64,000 bases of DNA from Dehalococcoidia bacterium (GTDB lineage: Bacteria > Chloroflexota > Dehalococcoidia > GIF9 > UBA5629), in assembly GCA_050011565.1 (NCBI GenBank), contig JBEKIW010000002.1:320001-384000 (forward strand), written 5' to 3'. Below the pieces are notes generated by a model that was not told where the DNA came from, made no database searches, and worked only from the letters and a program-made list of their open reading frames with translations. The translations under genes and the position numbers were made by a program. Positions 40,841-49,601 of this stretch are shown piece by piece (position 1 is the first letter of the stretch; each line of letters begins with the position of its first letter).

Positions 40841-41527
40841 ATGAATCTGCAAGCGCTTCACAAGGTTAGTTACGGTTTGTATGTGGTTTGTTCCAAAAAA
40901 GATGGTAAGTTCAACGGACAAATAGCCAATACAATCTTTCAGGTTTGCTCCGAACCACCTATTATAGCGGCGGCGTTGAATAAGCAAAATCTGACCAACG
41001 AGTTTGTCTCGGCAAGTAAAGTATTTACGGTGTCGATTCTTTCTCAGGACACACCTCTGAGTTTTATCGGCAACTTTGGTTTCAAGACAGGTCGGGATGC
41101 GGACAAATTCAAAGGCGTAAACTACAAGATGGGGGAGACCGGTGTACCTATAGTGCTTGACAATACACTGGCCTATCTCGAGGCTAAGGTGATTAATCAA
41201 ATGGACGTTAGCACCCATACTATTTTTGTAGGAGAAATTGTGGCAGCCGACGTAATCAAAGAGGGCGAGTTGATGACCTATGCCTATTATCAGCAGGTCA
41301 AGAGGGGCACCACGCCGAAGACGGCACCGACTTATATCGAAGAGAAGAAGGAGGCAGCAACGAAAATGACGAAATACAAGTGTTCAGTTTGCGGGTATAT
41401 TTATAATCCTGAGCTCGGAGACCCCGATGGCCATATTAAGCCCGGCACGCCTTTTGAAAAGCTACCTGACGATTGGGTATGTCCCGCATGTGGCGCTAGT
41501 AAAGACCAGTTTAACAAGCTGGATTAA
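40841..41527 (+). CDS. Flavin reductase-rubredoxin fusion (high-molecular-weight rubredoxin type)
   Basis: SYGLYVV, TH.IF.GE; C-terminal [14 protein letters not shown]...PGT.F..LPDDW.CP.CG. Confidence 0.92.
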   Translation: MNLQALHKVSYGLYVVCSKKDGKFNGQIANTIFQVCSEPPIIAAALNKQNLTNEFVSASKVFTVSILSQDTPLSFIGNFGFKTGRDADKFKGVNYKMGETGVPIVLDNTLAYLEAKVINQMDVSTHTIFVGEIVAADVIKEGELMTYAYYQQVKRGTTPKTAPTYIEEKKEAATKMTKYKCSVCGYIYNPELGDPDGHIKPGTPFEKLPDDWVCPACGASKDQFNKLD

Positions 41528-41619
41528 TTGGAAGACCGTAGAAATAAAGAGATGTGCGCTACGGACATAAAGAAGATTAAAGGTGAAAGGAGACTTCTCG
41601 AATATTAGTGGAGGGTGAT

Positions 41620-42804
41620 ATGAAACCGAGAGAAATAAAGCACGGCATTTATTTTGTAGGAGCTGTCGACTGGGACCGACGACTTTTTGATTCGCTCATA
41701 CCGCTTCCGGATGGCACCAGTTACAACTCATATCTAATACAGGGGAATGAAAAAACGGCTCTTATTGACACGGTTGACCCGACTATGGAGCAAGTGCTGG
41801 TAAATCATCTGGACGAGCTTAAAGTTAAAAACATAGACTATGTTATTGCTAATCATGCTGAGCAGGACCATTCCGGGACTATTCCGCGTGTACTGGAAAA
41901 ATATCCTGAGGCAAAACTGGTGTGCACGCCCCGATGCAAGGGGATGCTCATAGACCTGCTTTTGGTTGCAGAAGACAGATTCATAACCGTCGAAGACAAG
42001 GAGGCCATTTCGCTGGGAAACAGGACGCTCGAGTTCATTCATGCTCCGTGGGTCCACTGGCCGGAGACAATGCTTACCTATCTAAGAGAGGACAAGATAC
42101 TGTTCCCTTGTGATTTATTCGGCTCGCATCTGGCCACCTCCAATCTTTATGTGACCGATGAAGGGCAGGTGTATGAGGCGGCTAAAAGGTACTACGCTGA
42201 AATAATGATGCCCTTCCGAACTAATATCCAGAAAAATCTGGACAAGATTAAGGACTACCCGATAGCTATCATCGCGCCCAGCCACGGGCCCATGTACGAT
42301 AAACCGGAATTTATTATCGAAGCCCATCGTGACTGGGCCTTCTGTGAGCCTAAAAATATTGTCGTCCTCCCCTATATCTCGATGCACGGCAGCACACGCA
42401 GAATGGTAGCTTATTTTGTCGAGGCTTTAGCCCAGAGAGGGGTGACGGTGAAACAGTTCGACCTGACGGTCACCGACCTGGGTAAACTGGCAATGGCCCT
42501 GGTGGATGCGGCGACCATTGTTATTGGTACGCCCACCGTGCATGCCGGCCCACATCCCGGCGCTGCTTACGCTGCTTCACTGGCGAATGTCGTCAGAGCG
42601 AATGTTAAATTTGCCTCAATAATAGGTTCCTATGGCTGGGGTGGTAAGACCGTGGAACAACTGGTGGCCATGATACCCAACTTAAAGGTGGAATTGCTGC
42701 CGACGGTGATTGTTAAAGGTTATCCCAGGGAAGCTGATTTTAAGGCTCTGGACAATCTGGCTGAGACCATTGCGCAGAAACACAAGGAGAAGGGCTTTGT
42801 TTAA
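41620..42804 (+). CDS. fprA: Flavodiiron protein (FprA, O2/NO reductase)
   Basis: GTSYNSYL, HAEQDH, HWPE, PSHG; flavodoxin domain S.HGST, GSYGW. Confidence 0.92.
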   Translation: MKPREIKHGIYFVGAVDWDRRLFDSLIPLPDGTSYNSYLIQGNEKTALIDTVDPTMEQVLVNHLDELKVKNIDYVIANHAEQDHSGTIPRVLEKYPEAKLVCTPRCKGMLIDLLLVAEDRFITVEDKEAISLGNRTLEFIHAPWVHWPETMLTYLREDKILFPCDLFGSHLATSNLYVTDEGQVYEAAKRYYAEIMMPFRTNIQKNLDKIKDYPIAIIAPSHGPMYDKPEFIIEAHRDWAFCEPKNIVVLPYISMHGSTRRMVAYFVEALAQRGVTVKQFDLTVTDLGKLAMALVDAATIVIGTPTVHAGPHPGAAYAASLANVVRANVKFASIIGSYGWGGKTVEQLVAMIPNLKVELLPTVIVKGYPREADFKALDNLAETIAQKHKEKGFV

Positions 42805-42807
42805 CTT

Positions 42808-42886
42808 GTCATTGCGAGCGAAGCGAAGCAATCTCACCGCCTCTCCGTCACCGAGATTGCCACGGCACATCGTGCCTCGCAATGAC
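42808..42886. repeat. Palindromic intergenic element of the gtcattgcgag...gcaatct / agattgc...ctcgcaatgac family (RPE-like)
   Basis: Terminal inverted repeat gtcattgcgag / ctcgcaatgac and internal gcaatctc / gagattgc. Confidence 0.85.
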
Positions 42887-42926
42887 GAGGAATAATTTGG
42901 GAATCTCGGATGTGCGGAGGTATCAA

Positions 42927-43232
42927 ATGGAAAAGAGTTACAAGGTGACGCTTTGGGTGAACAAAAAGCCAATCCCGATGAACCGCTTTGTCGAGGAGTT
43001 TTTATCTCATACTACCATAGGCGCTGTTACTTCACTCAAAGATGCAGAGAACATACGAAAATTGGAAATACATCAGAAAAAGGGTAATGTCGAAATCACC
43101 GTCAACGGCGGTGAAATTCCTCTTACTCCTTTCCCTAACGATATTATTTCCAATACTTTGTTGGGGATGGTCTCTTCATTGAAAGAGGTAGAGGATATAG
43201 AAAGCATAGATATCAGCGTTGAAATACAATAA
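42927..43232 (+). CDS. Hypothetical protein made of two internal repeats
   Basis: VN.K.IPMN.FV.......GAVTSLK and VNG.EIPL..FP......LGMVSSLK; GGAGG RBS. Confidence 0.75.
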   Translation: MEKSYKVTLWVNKKPIPMNRFVEEFLSHTTIGAVTSLKDAENIRKLEIHQKKGNVEITVNGGEIPLTPFPNDIISNTLLGMVSSLKEVEDIESIDISVEIQ

Positions 43233-43268
43233 CTCACGTCTTGTGAGAAATTAATGTAGGACTTAAGA

Positions 43269-43601
43269 ATGAAGCATGGAGATAAAGCATTTAAGACTAA
43301 GATGGCTAAACTGACTGATTTAGTCGACTACCAGGATGGAGCTGTGGTGAGCCGGGAGATTATTAATCAGAAGTCAGGGTCGGTAACTTTATTTGCCTTT
43401 GATGAAGGGCAGGGGCTGAGTGAGCACATGGCACCGTTTGATGCCATGGTTTACCTTCTTGACGGCGAAGCTGAAATTGCCATTTCAGGCAGACCTCTTC
43501 AATTGAAGCAAGGTGAGATGGTTATAATGCCGGCCAATCAACCCCATTCTCTAAAGGCAATTAAGAGATTCAAGATGGTCCTCACCATGATTAAGGCTTA
43601 A
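43269..43601 (+). CDS. Cupin-domain protein
   Basis: TLFAFD.GQGLSEH.APFDA, MPANQPH. Confidence 0.88.
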   Translation: MKHGDKAFKTKMAKLTDLVDYQDGAVVSREIINQKSGSVTLFAFDEGQGLSEHMAPFDAMVYLLDGEAEIAISGRPLQLKQGEMVIMPANQPHSLKAIKRFKMVLTMIKA

Positions 43602-43620
43602 TACTAGGAGCTGCTGCAAC

Positions 43621-46113
43621 ATGGTTGAAAAGACAAGTAGTAAGAAATCCGAGAAAGCTCGCCTTCATGTAACGGGCATGACCTGTACTACCTGTGCTCG
43701 GACCATCGGAAAGGGTCTGTCGGAGACACACGGGGTGAAGCAGGCGAATGTCAACTTTGCTTCAGAGGAAGTGTCACTGGATTATGACCCTAATAAGGTA
43801 AACCTGGCCAAAATTAAGGATACTATCCAGCAACTAGGCTACGGGGTAGCCACCAAGAAATCCATTTTCCCCGTGAGTGGTATGACCTGTGCTTCATGCG
43901 TCGCTCGTGTAGAAAGTGCTCTGTCCAGTGTGCCCGGGGTGGTTTCAGTCAGTGTCAATCTAGCTTCTGAAAAGGCAACTGTGGAATATACTGAAGATAT
44001 GCGCGTAGCCGACCTGCAAAAGGCGGTAAGAGAGGCTGGCTACGAGCTTGGTCCGGAGGCAGAGACCCTGGAGGATGTGTCCACAGCCTCCCAGCGAGAC
44101 CTCAAGGTTGTAAGGAATCGATTCATAGTCGCCGTCGTTCTCGGTTTGTTAATTATGACTCTGGGCTTTATACCTGCAGTGATGATGCAGCCCTATATGC
44201 CTTACATACTGTGGGCATTAGCCACGCCGGTACAGTTCTGGGCAGGCTGGCGGTTCTATCGAGGCGCGTGGGGAGCGTTGAGACACCGGACCACGGATAT
44301 GAATACCTTGATTGCTGTAGGCACATCAGCGGCATATTTTTACAGTGTGGTGGCAGTATTATTCCCCAGCCTCTTCACTGCTGCGGGTGTGGAACCTCAC
44401 CTATACTTCGATACTTCGGCTCTGATTATTGCCCTGATTTTGCTGGGTCGGTACCTGGAAACCAGGGCTAGAGGGCAGACTTCAGAAGCGATAAAACGGC
44501 TAATAGGTCTCAATCCTAAGACTGCTGTGGTCATACGTGACGGCGAGGAGAAAGAGATTTCGGTAGAAGAAGTCCAGGTCGGTGATATTATCCTAGTACG
44601 CCCCGGGGGGCGCATACCCGTTGATGGTATAGTCAGGCAGGGGTATTCCAGTGTTGATGAATCGATGATTACCGGTGAGAGCATTCCGGTGGATAAGAAA
44701 GTGGGTGATGAGGTTATCGGCGCTACTATCAACAAAACGGGTAGTTTTCAATTCGAGGCGACCAGGGTGGGCAAAGACACCACGCTAGCGCGCATTATCC
44801 GGCTAGTAGACGAGGCACAGGGTAGCAAAGCTCCCATCCAGCGCCTGGCTGACGTCATTGCCAGCTATTTTGTGCCGGTCGTAATCGGTATTGCTTTGGT
44901 AACCTTCGTAATCTGGTATTTTGTTGGCCCGCAGCCGGCTCTAACTTTGGCCATACTGAACTTTGTCGCCGTGCTCATAATTGCCTGCCCCTGTGCCCTG
45001 GGACTGGCCACGCCCACCGCCATAATGGTAGGTACAGGTAAAGGGGCCGAGAACGGGATCCTTTTCAGGAGCGGAGAGTCGTTAGAAAGAGCTCACCAGA
45101 TAAATATCGTGTTGCTAGACAAAACAGGCACGCTGACCCGCGGTGAGCCAGCGGTGACAGATGTGCTGGCTGTTGCCTCTTCCTCAGAAGAAGAAGTCCT
45201 CCGGCTGGCGGCTTCGGCTGAACGTGTCTCGGAGCATCCACTCGCACAGGCGATAGTCAAAGCAGCTTCTGAAAAGAAGCTGAAGACGTCCCGCGTTTCA
45301 GATTTTGTTGCCTTACCTGGTCTGGGAATAGAAGCTTCTGTGGGCGGCAGGAAGATTATGTTAGGCAACCTCAGATTGATGAAAGAGAGAGGTATTTCGT
45401 TGAACGGCCTTGGTGAAAAAGCCGATAAACTTTTTAGTGAAGGTAAAACAGTAATGTTCCTCAGCCTGGCTAACAAAGCCATGGGAATAATTGCGATGGC
45501 TGATACCCTGAAGCCAAATGCCAGGGAGGCAGTGCGGGCGATACAGCAGATGGGCATTGAGACTGTGATGATAACCGGGGACAATCGACGTACTGCTGAG
45601 GCTATTGCCCGTGAGGCCGGCATTGAGCGCGTTTTAGCTGAAGTTCTCCCCGAGCATAAAGCCGCGGAGGTCAAGAAATTGCAGGATGGCAGGGTGGTGG
45701 CGATGGTGGGAGACGGCATCAACGATGCACCGGCGCTGGCTCAGGCAGATGTAGGCATAGCCATAGGTACCGGTACCGATGTGGCCATGGAAACCGGAGA
45801 AGTTACGTTGATGCGGGGAGATTTGATGGGAATTGTAACCGCCATATCGCTTAGTAAGAGCACTATCAGGATAATTAGACAGAACCTTTTCTGGGCTTTT
45901 GCTTATAATGTGGCTCTTATCCCCGTGGCAGCCGGTGTGTTATATCTTGTCTTCTCTCATACCGGCGTCCCGGTGGGGCTGCGCTTTATATTCGGCGACT
46001 ATGGTTTTCTCAACCCTATCATGGCAGCGGCGGCTATGGCGGCCAGTTCCATTACTGTGGTATCGAATTCACTTCGCCTGAGGAGGTTCAAGCCAGCCCA
46101 GGTCGGCAAATAG
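43621..46113 (+). CDS. copA: Cu(+)-exporting P1B ATPase
   Basis: Two GMTCxxC HMA domains, [32 protein letters not shown]. Confidence 0.95.
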   Translation: MVEKTSSKKSEKARLHVTGMTCTTCARTIGKGLSETHGVKQANVNFASEEVSLDYDPNKVNLAKIKDTIQQLGYGVATKKSIFPVSGMTCASCVARVESALSSVPGVVSVSVNLASEKATVEYTEDMRVADLQKAVREAGYELGPEAETLEDVSTASQRDLKVVRNRFIVAVVLGLLIMTLGFIPAVMMQPYMPYILWALATPVQFWAGWRFYRGAWGALRHRTTDMNTLIAVGTSAAYFYSVVAVLFPSLFTAAGVEPHLYFDTSALIIALILLGRYLETRARGQTSEAIKRLIGLNPKTAVVIRDGEEKEISVEEVQVGDIILVRPGGRIPVDGIVRQGYSSVDESMITGESIPVDKKVGDEVIGATINKTGSFQFEATRVGKDTTLARIIRLVDEAQGSKAPIQRLADVIASYFVPVVIGIALVTFVIWYFVGPQPALTLAILNFVAVLIIACPCALGLATPTAIMVGTGKGAENGILFRSGESLERAHQINIVLLDKTGTLTRGEPAVTDVLAVASSSEEEVLRLAASAERVSEHPLAQAIVKAASEKKLKTSRVSDFVALPGLGIEASVGGRKIMLGNLRLMKERGISLNGLGEKADKLFSEGKTVMFLSLANKAMGIIAMADTLKPNAREAVRAIQQMGIETVMITGDNRRTAEAIAREAGIERVLAEVLPEHKAAEVKKLQDGRVVAMVGDGINDAPALAQADVGIAIGTGTDVAMETGEVTLMRGDLMGIVTAISLSKSTIRIIRQNLFWAFAYNVALIPVAAGVLYLVFSHTGVPVGLRFIFGDYGFLNPIMAAAAMAASSITVVSNSLRLRRFKPAQVGK

Positions 46114-46130
46114 TCGAAGGAGGTGACACG

Positions 46131-46286
46131 ATGGCAATAGACCCGGTGTGCAAGATGCAGGTGGACGAAAAAAATGCTCCGGCTACTTCGGAGTACAAGG
46201 GTAAGAAATATTACTTCTGCGCCATGGGCTGCAAGAAGGCTTTCGACCAGAATCCGGAGAAATACATCGGTAAGAAAAGCAAGTAA
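46131..46286 (+). CDS. YHS/TRASH-domain metal-binding protein (51 aa; not in ORF track)
   Basis: AAGGAGG RBS; MAIDPVCKMQVDEKNAPATSEYKGKKYYFCAMGCKKAFDQNPEKY. Confidence 0.9.
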   Translation: MAIDPVCKMQVDEKNAPATSEYKGKKYYFCAMGCKKAFDQNPEKYIGKKSK

Positions 46287-46367
46287 GGTTGAAACGTTTC
46301 TCCGGGTGGTGATTGGCTTGTAAGCCGCCGTTAGCGGTGCCGTAAAATAAATTTATACGGGGTAAGA

Positions 46368-47210
46368 ATGAAAAAAGAAGAAATCATTGCTTTACTCAAT
46401 GAAGACCTCCAGGCTGAGCATGGTGCCATTATTCAATATCTGAGCCATGCGTATGCTATGGGTGAAGGCGAGTTAGCCTGTGAAATCGAAGCCATTTCCA
46501 GGGAGGAGATGCGGCATCTTGATTGGCTGGCTGAGACCATAGTTGAGCTAGGCGGCAAGCCAAGTATGAAAAGAGGCAAGATGCGCATGGAAGGCAAATC
46601 AACCAGTGATTGGATGAAAAACGATGTGCTGCTAGAAGAAGACGCCATAACCATGTATAAAGAGCACATTGAGGCTATCGGTGACCGCAAGATAAAGCGG
46701 TTGCTGAAACGCATACTGTCAGACGAGGAGTCTCATCACGGTGATTTTGCCCACTTTATCGAGAAGGCCAAGAAGGAAGGCACCAGGGACCTGAGGGGTG
46801 ACCGCAAGGATGGGATAGCTCAGATTCTCAATTGGGGCATCGAACATGAATATACGGTTATTCTGCAATATCTACTTCACTCATATCTGGCGACAAATGA
46901 GGAAATGAAGCTGGAAATGGAGGACCAGGCTATAAATGAGATGCAGCATATGGGCTGGCTGGCCGAGAAGATGGTCAGCGGCAAGGGGAATCCCAGGCTG
47001 GAGCATACTGAGATTGATAAATCCACCAAAGTTGGTGATATGCTCCGCGATGACATCAAAATAGAAAAAGAGGTGGCTGCCGAGTATAACCGAGCTGCCA
47101 AAGAAGTCAAAGATGTCGGCTTGAAGAAGTTGCTTACTCGGATAAGAGACCATGAAATCTATCACGTAGAAGTATTCGGCGACCTGCTAGAGAAAGTAGA
47201 GAAATCTTAA
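46368..47210 (+). CDS. Tandem two-domain bacterioferritin-like protein
   Basis: Two copies of L...E...I.QY..H / EM.H..WL.E / D..LE(IE) / I..(D/H)E..H. Confidence 0.85.
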   Translation: MKKEEIIALLNEDLQAEHGAIIQYLSHAYAMGEGELACEIEAISREEMRHLDWLAETIVELGGKPSMKRGKMRMEGKSTSDWMKNDVLLEEDAITMYKEHIEAIGDRKIKRLLKRILSDEESHHGDFAHFIEKAKKEGTRDLRGDRKDGIAQILNWGIEHEYTVILQYLLHSYLATNEEMKLEMEDQAINEMQHMGWLAEKMVSGKGNPRLEHTEIDKSTKVGDMLRDDIKIEKEVAAEYNRAAKEVKDVGLKKLLTRIRDHEIYHVEVFGDLLEKVEKS

Positions 47211-47260
47211 AGCCAATGAATATTGCGGGTTACCTGGTTTTTAATTTTGGGAGGTAGACG

Positions 47261-47785
47261 ATGTCATTAAAGGGAAAGCGTATTGCCATACTGGCAGAAC
47301 AAGATTTTGAAGATGTTGAACTTACTGAGCCTTTAAAGGCAATGAAGGAAGCAGGTGCTCAGATATTTATCGTCGGCAGTGGCTCTCAGACAAGCTATCA
47401 GGGGAAGAGAGGCAAAGCGACAATCAAGGTCGATATCGATGCCGATAAGGTTAGAGCCGAGGACTTTGATGCCATCATTATCCCGGGTGGCTATGCACCG
47501 GATAAGATGCGGCTGCATCAGCCTATGATTGACCTGGTAAAAAAGGCGCACGATTTAGGCAAGGTGATTGCTGCCGTTTGTCACGGGCCACAACTTCTTA
47601 TCTCAGCTGGTATTGTGAGCGGGCGACGTCTAACTTCCTGGCCTTCAGTGGCCATAGACCTCAAGAACGCGGGTGCAATCTGGGTTGATGAGCCCTTAGT
47701 TAGGGATGGGAATATTATTACCTCTCGCCGACCATCCGATTTGCCGGTATTTAATAGCGCTATAATTCAGGCGCTGGGTGGATAA
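47261..47785 (+). CDS. PfpI/DJ-1 family protein (glyoxalase III/protease)
   Basis: FEDVEL, IPGG..PD, AVCHGPQ, VRDGNIITSR.P.DL. Confidence 0.92.
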   Translation: MSLKGKRIAILAEQDFEDVELTEPLKAMKEAGAQIFIVGSGSQTSYQGKRGKATIKVDIDADKVRAEDFDAIIIPGGYAPDKMRLHQPMIDLVKKAHDLGKVIAAVCHGPQLLISAGIVSGRRLTSWPSVAIDLKNAGAIWVDEPLVRDGNIITSRRPSDLPVFNSAIIQALGG

Positions 47786-47924
47786 ATTGTAAGCGGGAAA
47801 ACTGCGCATATCTGCGAAAGGGATGCATATTGTAATGTTTCTCACCGTGGGATTTTTCAGTAATATTTTGTCTGGGCGTGCTTAAACCGGATGTGATTCT
47901 ATCGAGTTTGCAGGGAGGCTAGAA

Positions 47925-48638
47925 ATGAAGAAGTTTTGTTTTGCTCTGCAGAGATGGGGCCGTAACGGAACTAATAGGGGTTTTGGTAATATCGCTTTTC
48001 TCGCAGTCTTTTTGATTAGTCTAGTAGCAACAAGTAGTTGTGGAGTTAATCAGAGTAAGAGTCTGGAACCGGTACAAATTAGGGAATACCAGGGAGAGAA
48101 ACTTTCATCGATTAATGATTTTCGAGAAAACTCAATTAGCGGTCCTCAGCATGTGGATTTAGGACGCTACAGGCTGAAAATCTTGGGCCTTGTCGAGAAC
48201 CCCAAAGAGTACACCTACGACGAGGTCATTAACAATCACCAAAGTTATGAGAAAGTTGTCGGGCTGGACTGTGTGGAAGGATGGAGTGTGGTCATTCTCT
48301 GGCAAGGCCTGCTGGTTAAAGATTTACTGGCGGAAGCTAAAGTTAAGCCGGAGGCAAAAGTGGTTATATTTCTCGCCTATGATGGATACACTACTTCTCT
48401 TCCACTCGACTACATAACGAACAACGATATACTAATGGCCTACAAGATGAATGGTGTTACCCTTCCTCCGGAGAGAGGGTTTCCTTTTGAATTGGTAGCC
48501 GAAAGTAAATGGGGGTACAAATGGGAAAAGTGGGTTACACAAATAGAGCTGTCTGACGACGTTAATTATCGGGGCTACTGGGAAAGGCAGGGCTACTCCA
48601 ATAGTGCTGACCTTAATCAAGACTTCTTTGAAAAATGA
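47925..48638 (+). CDS. Sulfite-oxidase-family molybdopterin oxidoreductase (MsrP-like), putative lipoprotein
   Basis: CVEGWS, GYTTSLPL, AY.MNG..LP...GFP, GYK..KW, GYWE..GY. Confidence 0.85.
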   Translation: MKKFCFALQRWGRNGTNRGFGNIAFLAVFLISLVATSSCGVNQSKSLEPVQIREYQGEKLSSINDFRENSISGPQHVDLGRYRLKILGLVENPKEYTYDEVINNHQSYEKVVGLDCVEGWSVVILWQGLLVKDLLAEAKVKPEAKVVIFLAYDGYTTSLPLDYITNNDILMAYKMNGVTLPPERGFPFELVAESKWGYKWEKWVTQIELSDDVNYRGYWERQGYSNSADLNQDFFEK

Positions 48639-48877
48639 GAAATATATTAAAGCAGAACCTGGCCAAACAAATTGTGCACTGGTCGCTGCTGGCTGTGCTG
48701 GTGCTTTATGTTTTAACTGGTTTTGGCATTACGGCATACCGTACTGTTGAGTTTTTAACATTTGGACTGCTAAGCAAAGCGCTGGCCTTCAAAATTCATG
48801 ACGACCTGATAATTCCGTTTATAGTTCTGATAGGCTTACATATCTACCAGCAAATCAAGAAGAAGTCTACAGAGTGA
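48635..48877 (+). CDS. Small His-containing membrane protein (cytochrome b-like fragment)
   Basis: ATGA overlap with the Mo enzyme; VHW...LTG.G...IH.........LH. Confidence 0.65.
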   Translation: MRNILKQNLAKQIVHWSLLAVLVLYVLTGFGITAYRTVEFLTFGLLSKALAFKIHDDLIIPFIVLIGLHIYQQIKKKSTE

Positions 48878-48956
48878 TTGGGGTGGTCTTGAACATGGAG
48901 AGATACATGCTACAATTATTGTAAAGGCAAGCTGGAACCTGGGTTTGGAGGTATAG

Positions 48957-49424
48957 ATGAGCGAAAAATTACAGCGGATTTTCTCGATAGCTTTGTGGAC
49001 CTCGACTCTCGCGATTCTCGTGGTTATGACCATACAAGCCTTGAGTGGGAACTGGATTACTTTCTTTCTTATTTTACCCGACGGTCCAGCAAATTTAAGC
49101 CAGAGTTTCATTGGTGCTTTGATAAAGTTAGCTATCTATCATAAATTAATGGGATTTGTGATAGACGGCATTTCCATTCTGGTCCTTATTTTCGCTTTCA
49201 TTCGCCGCTCCAGTATTTACGTCCGCATTTTTGCTGTCCTCGGGTTCATCATAACTGTTTCAGCGGGCATTGGCGGGTTCCTATTTGTGAAGTCAGGACT
49301 TCAGGACCGATGGGCACTGGGCCAGATGGCGGACAGCTTTGTCGGCGCGTACGCAGCCTATTTCCTACAACTTTTCTTCATGAATAAGACTCCCAGGTTT
49401 CCCTGGACTTCGCAAAACCACTAG
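48957..49424 (+). CDS. Hypothetical four-TM membrane protein
   Basis: GGAGG RBS; four hydrophobic segments. Confidence 0.65.
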   Translation: MSEKLQRIFSIALWTSTLAILVVMTIQALSGNWITFFLILPDGPANLSQSFIGALIKLAIYHKLMGFVIDGISILVLIFAFIRRSSIYVRIFAVLGFIITVSAGIGGFLFVKSGLQDRWALGQMADSFVGAYAAYFLQLFFMNKTPRFPWTSQNH

Positions 49425-49601
49425 AACAAACCATTCCCCGGCATCTGTCACAGCTCAATTCGTCGTTTAGTCGATAAATTCGCCGTTCCATATCTTAAAG
49501 CAGAAAAACTCTTGACATCGGCGGTGAAAGGTAGTAGAAATAGCGAGTGCAATTAATCCCGGTAGCTAAGAAGTAGTTATTCCTCTTTTAGGAGGTGGGA
49601 G

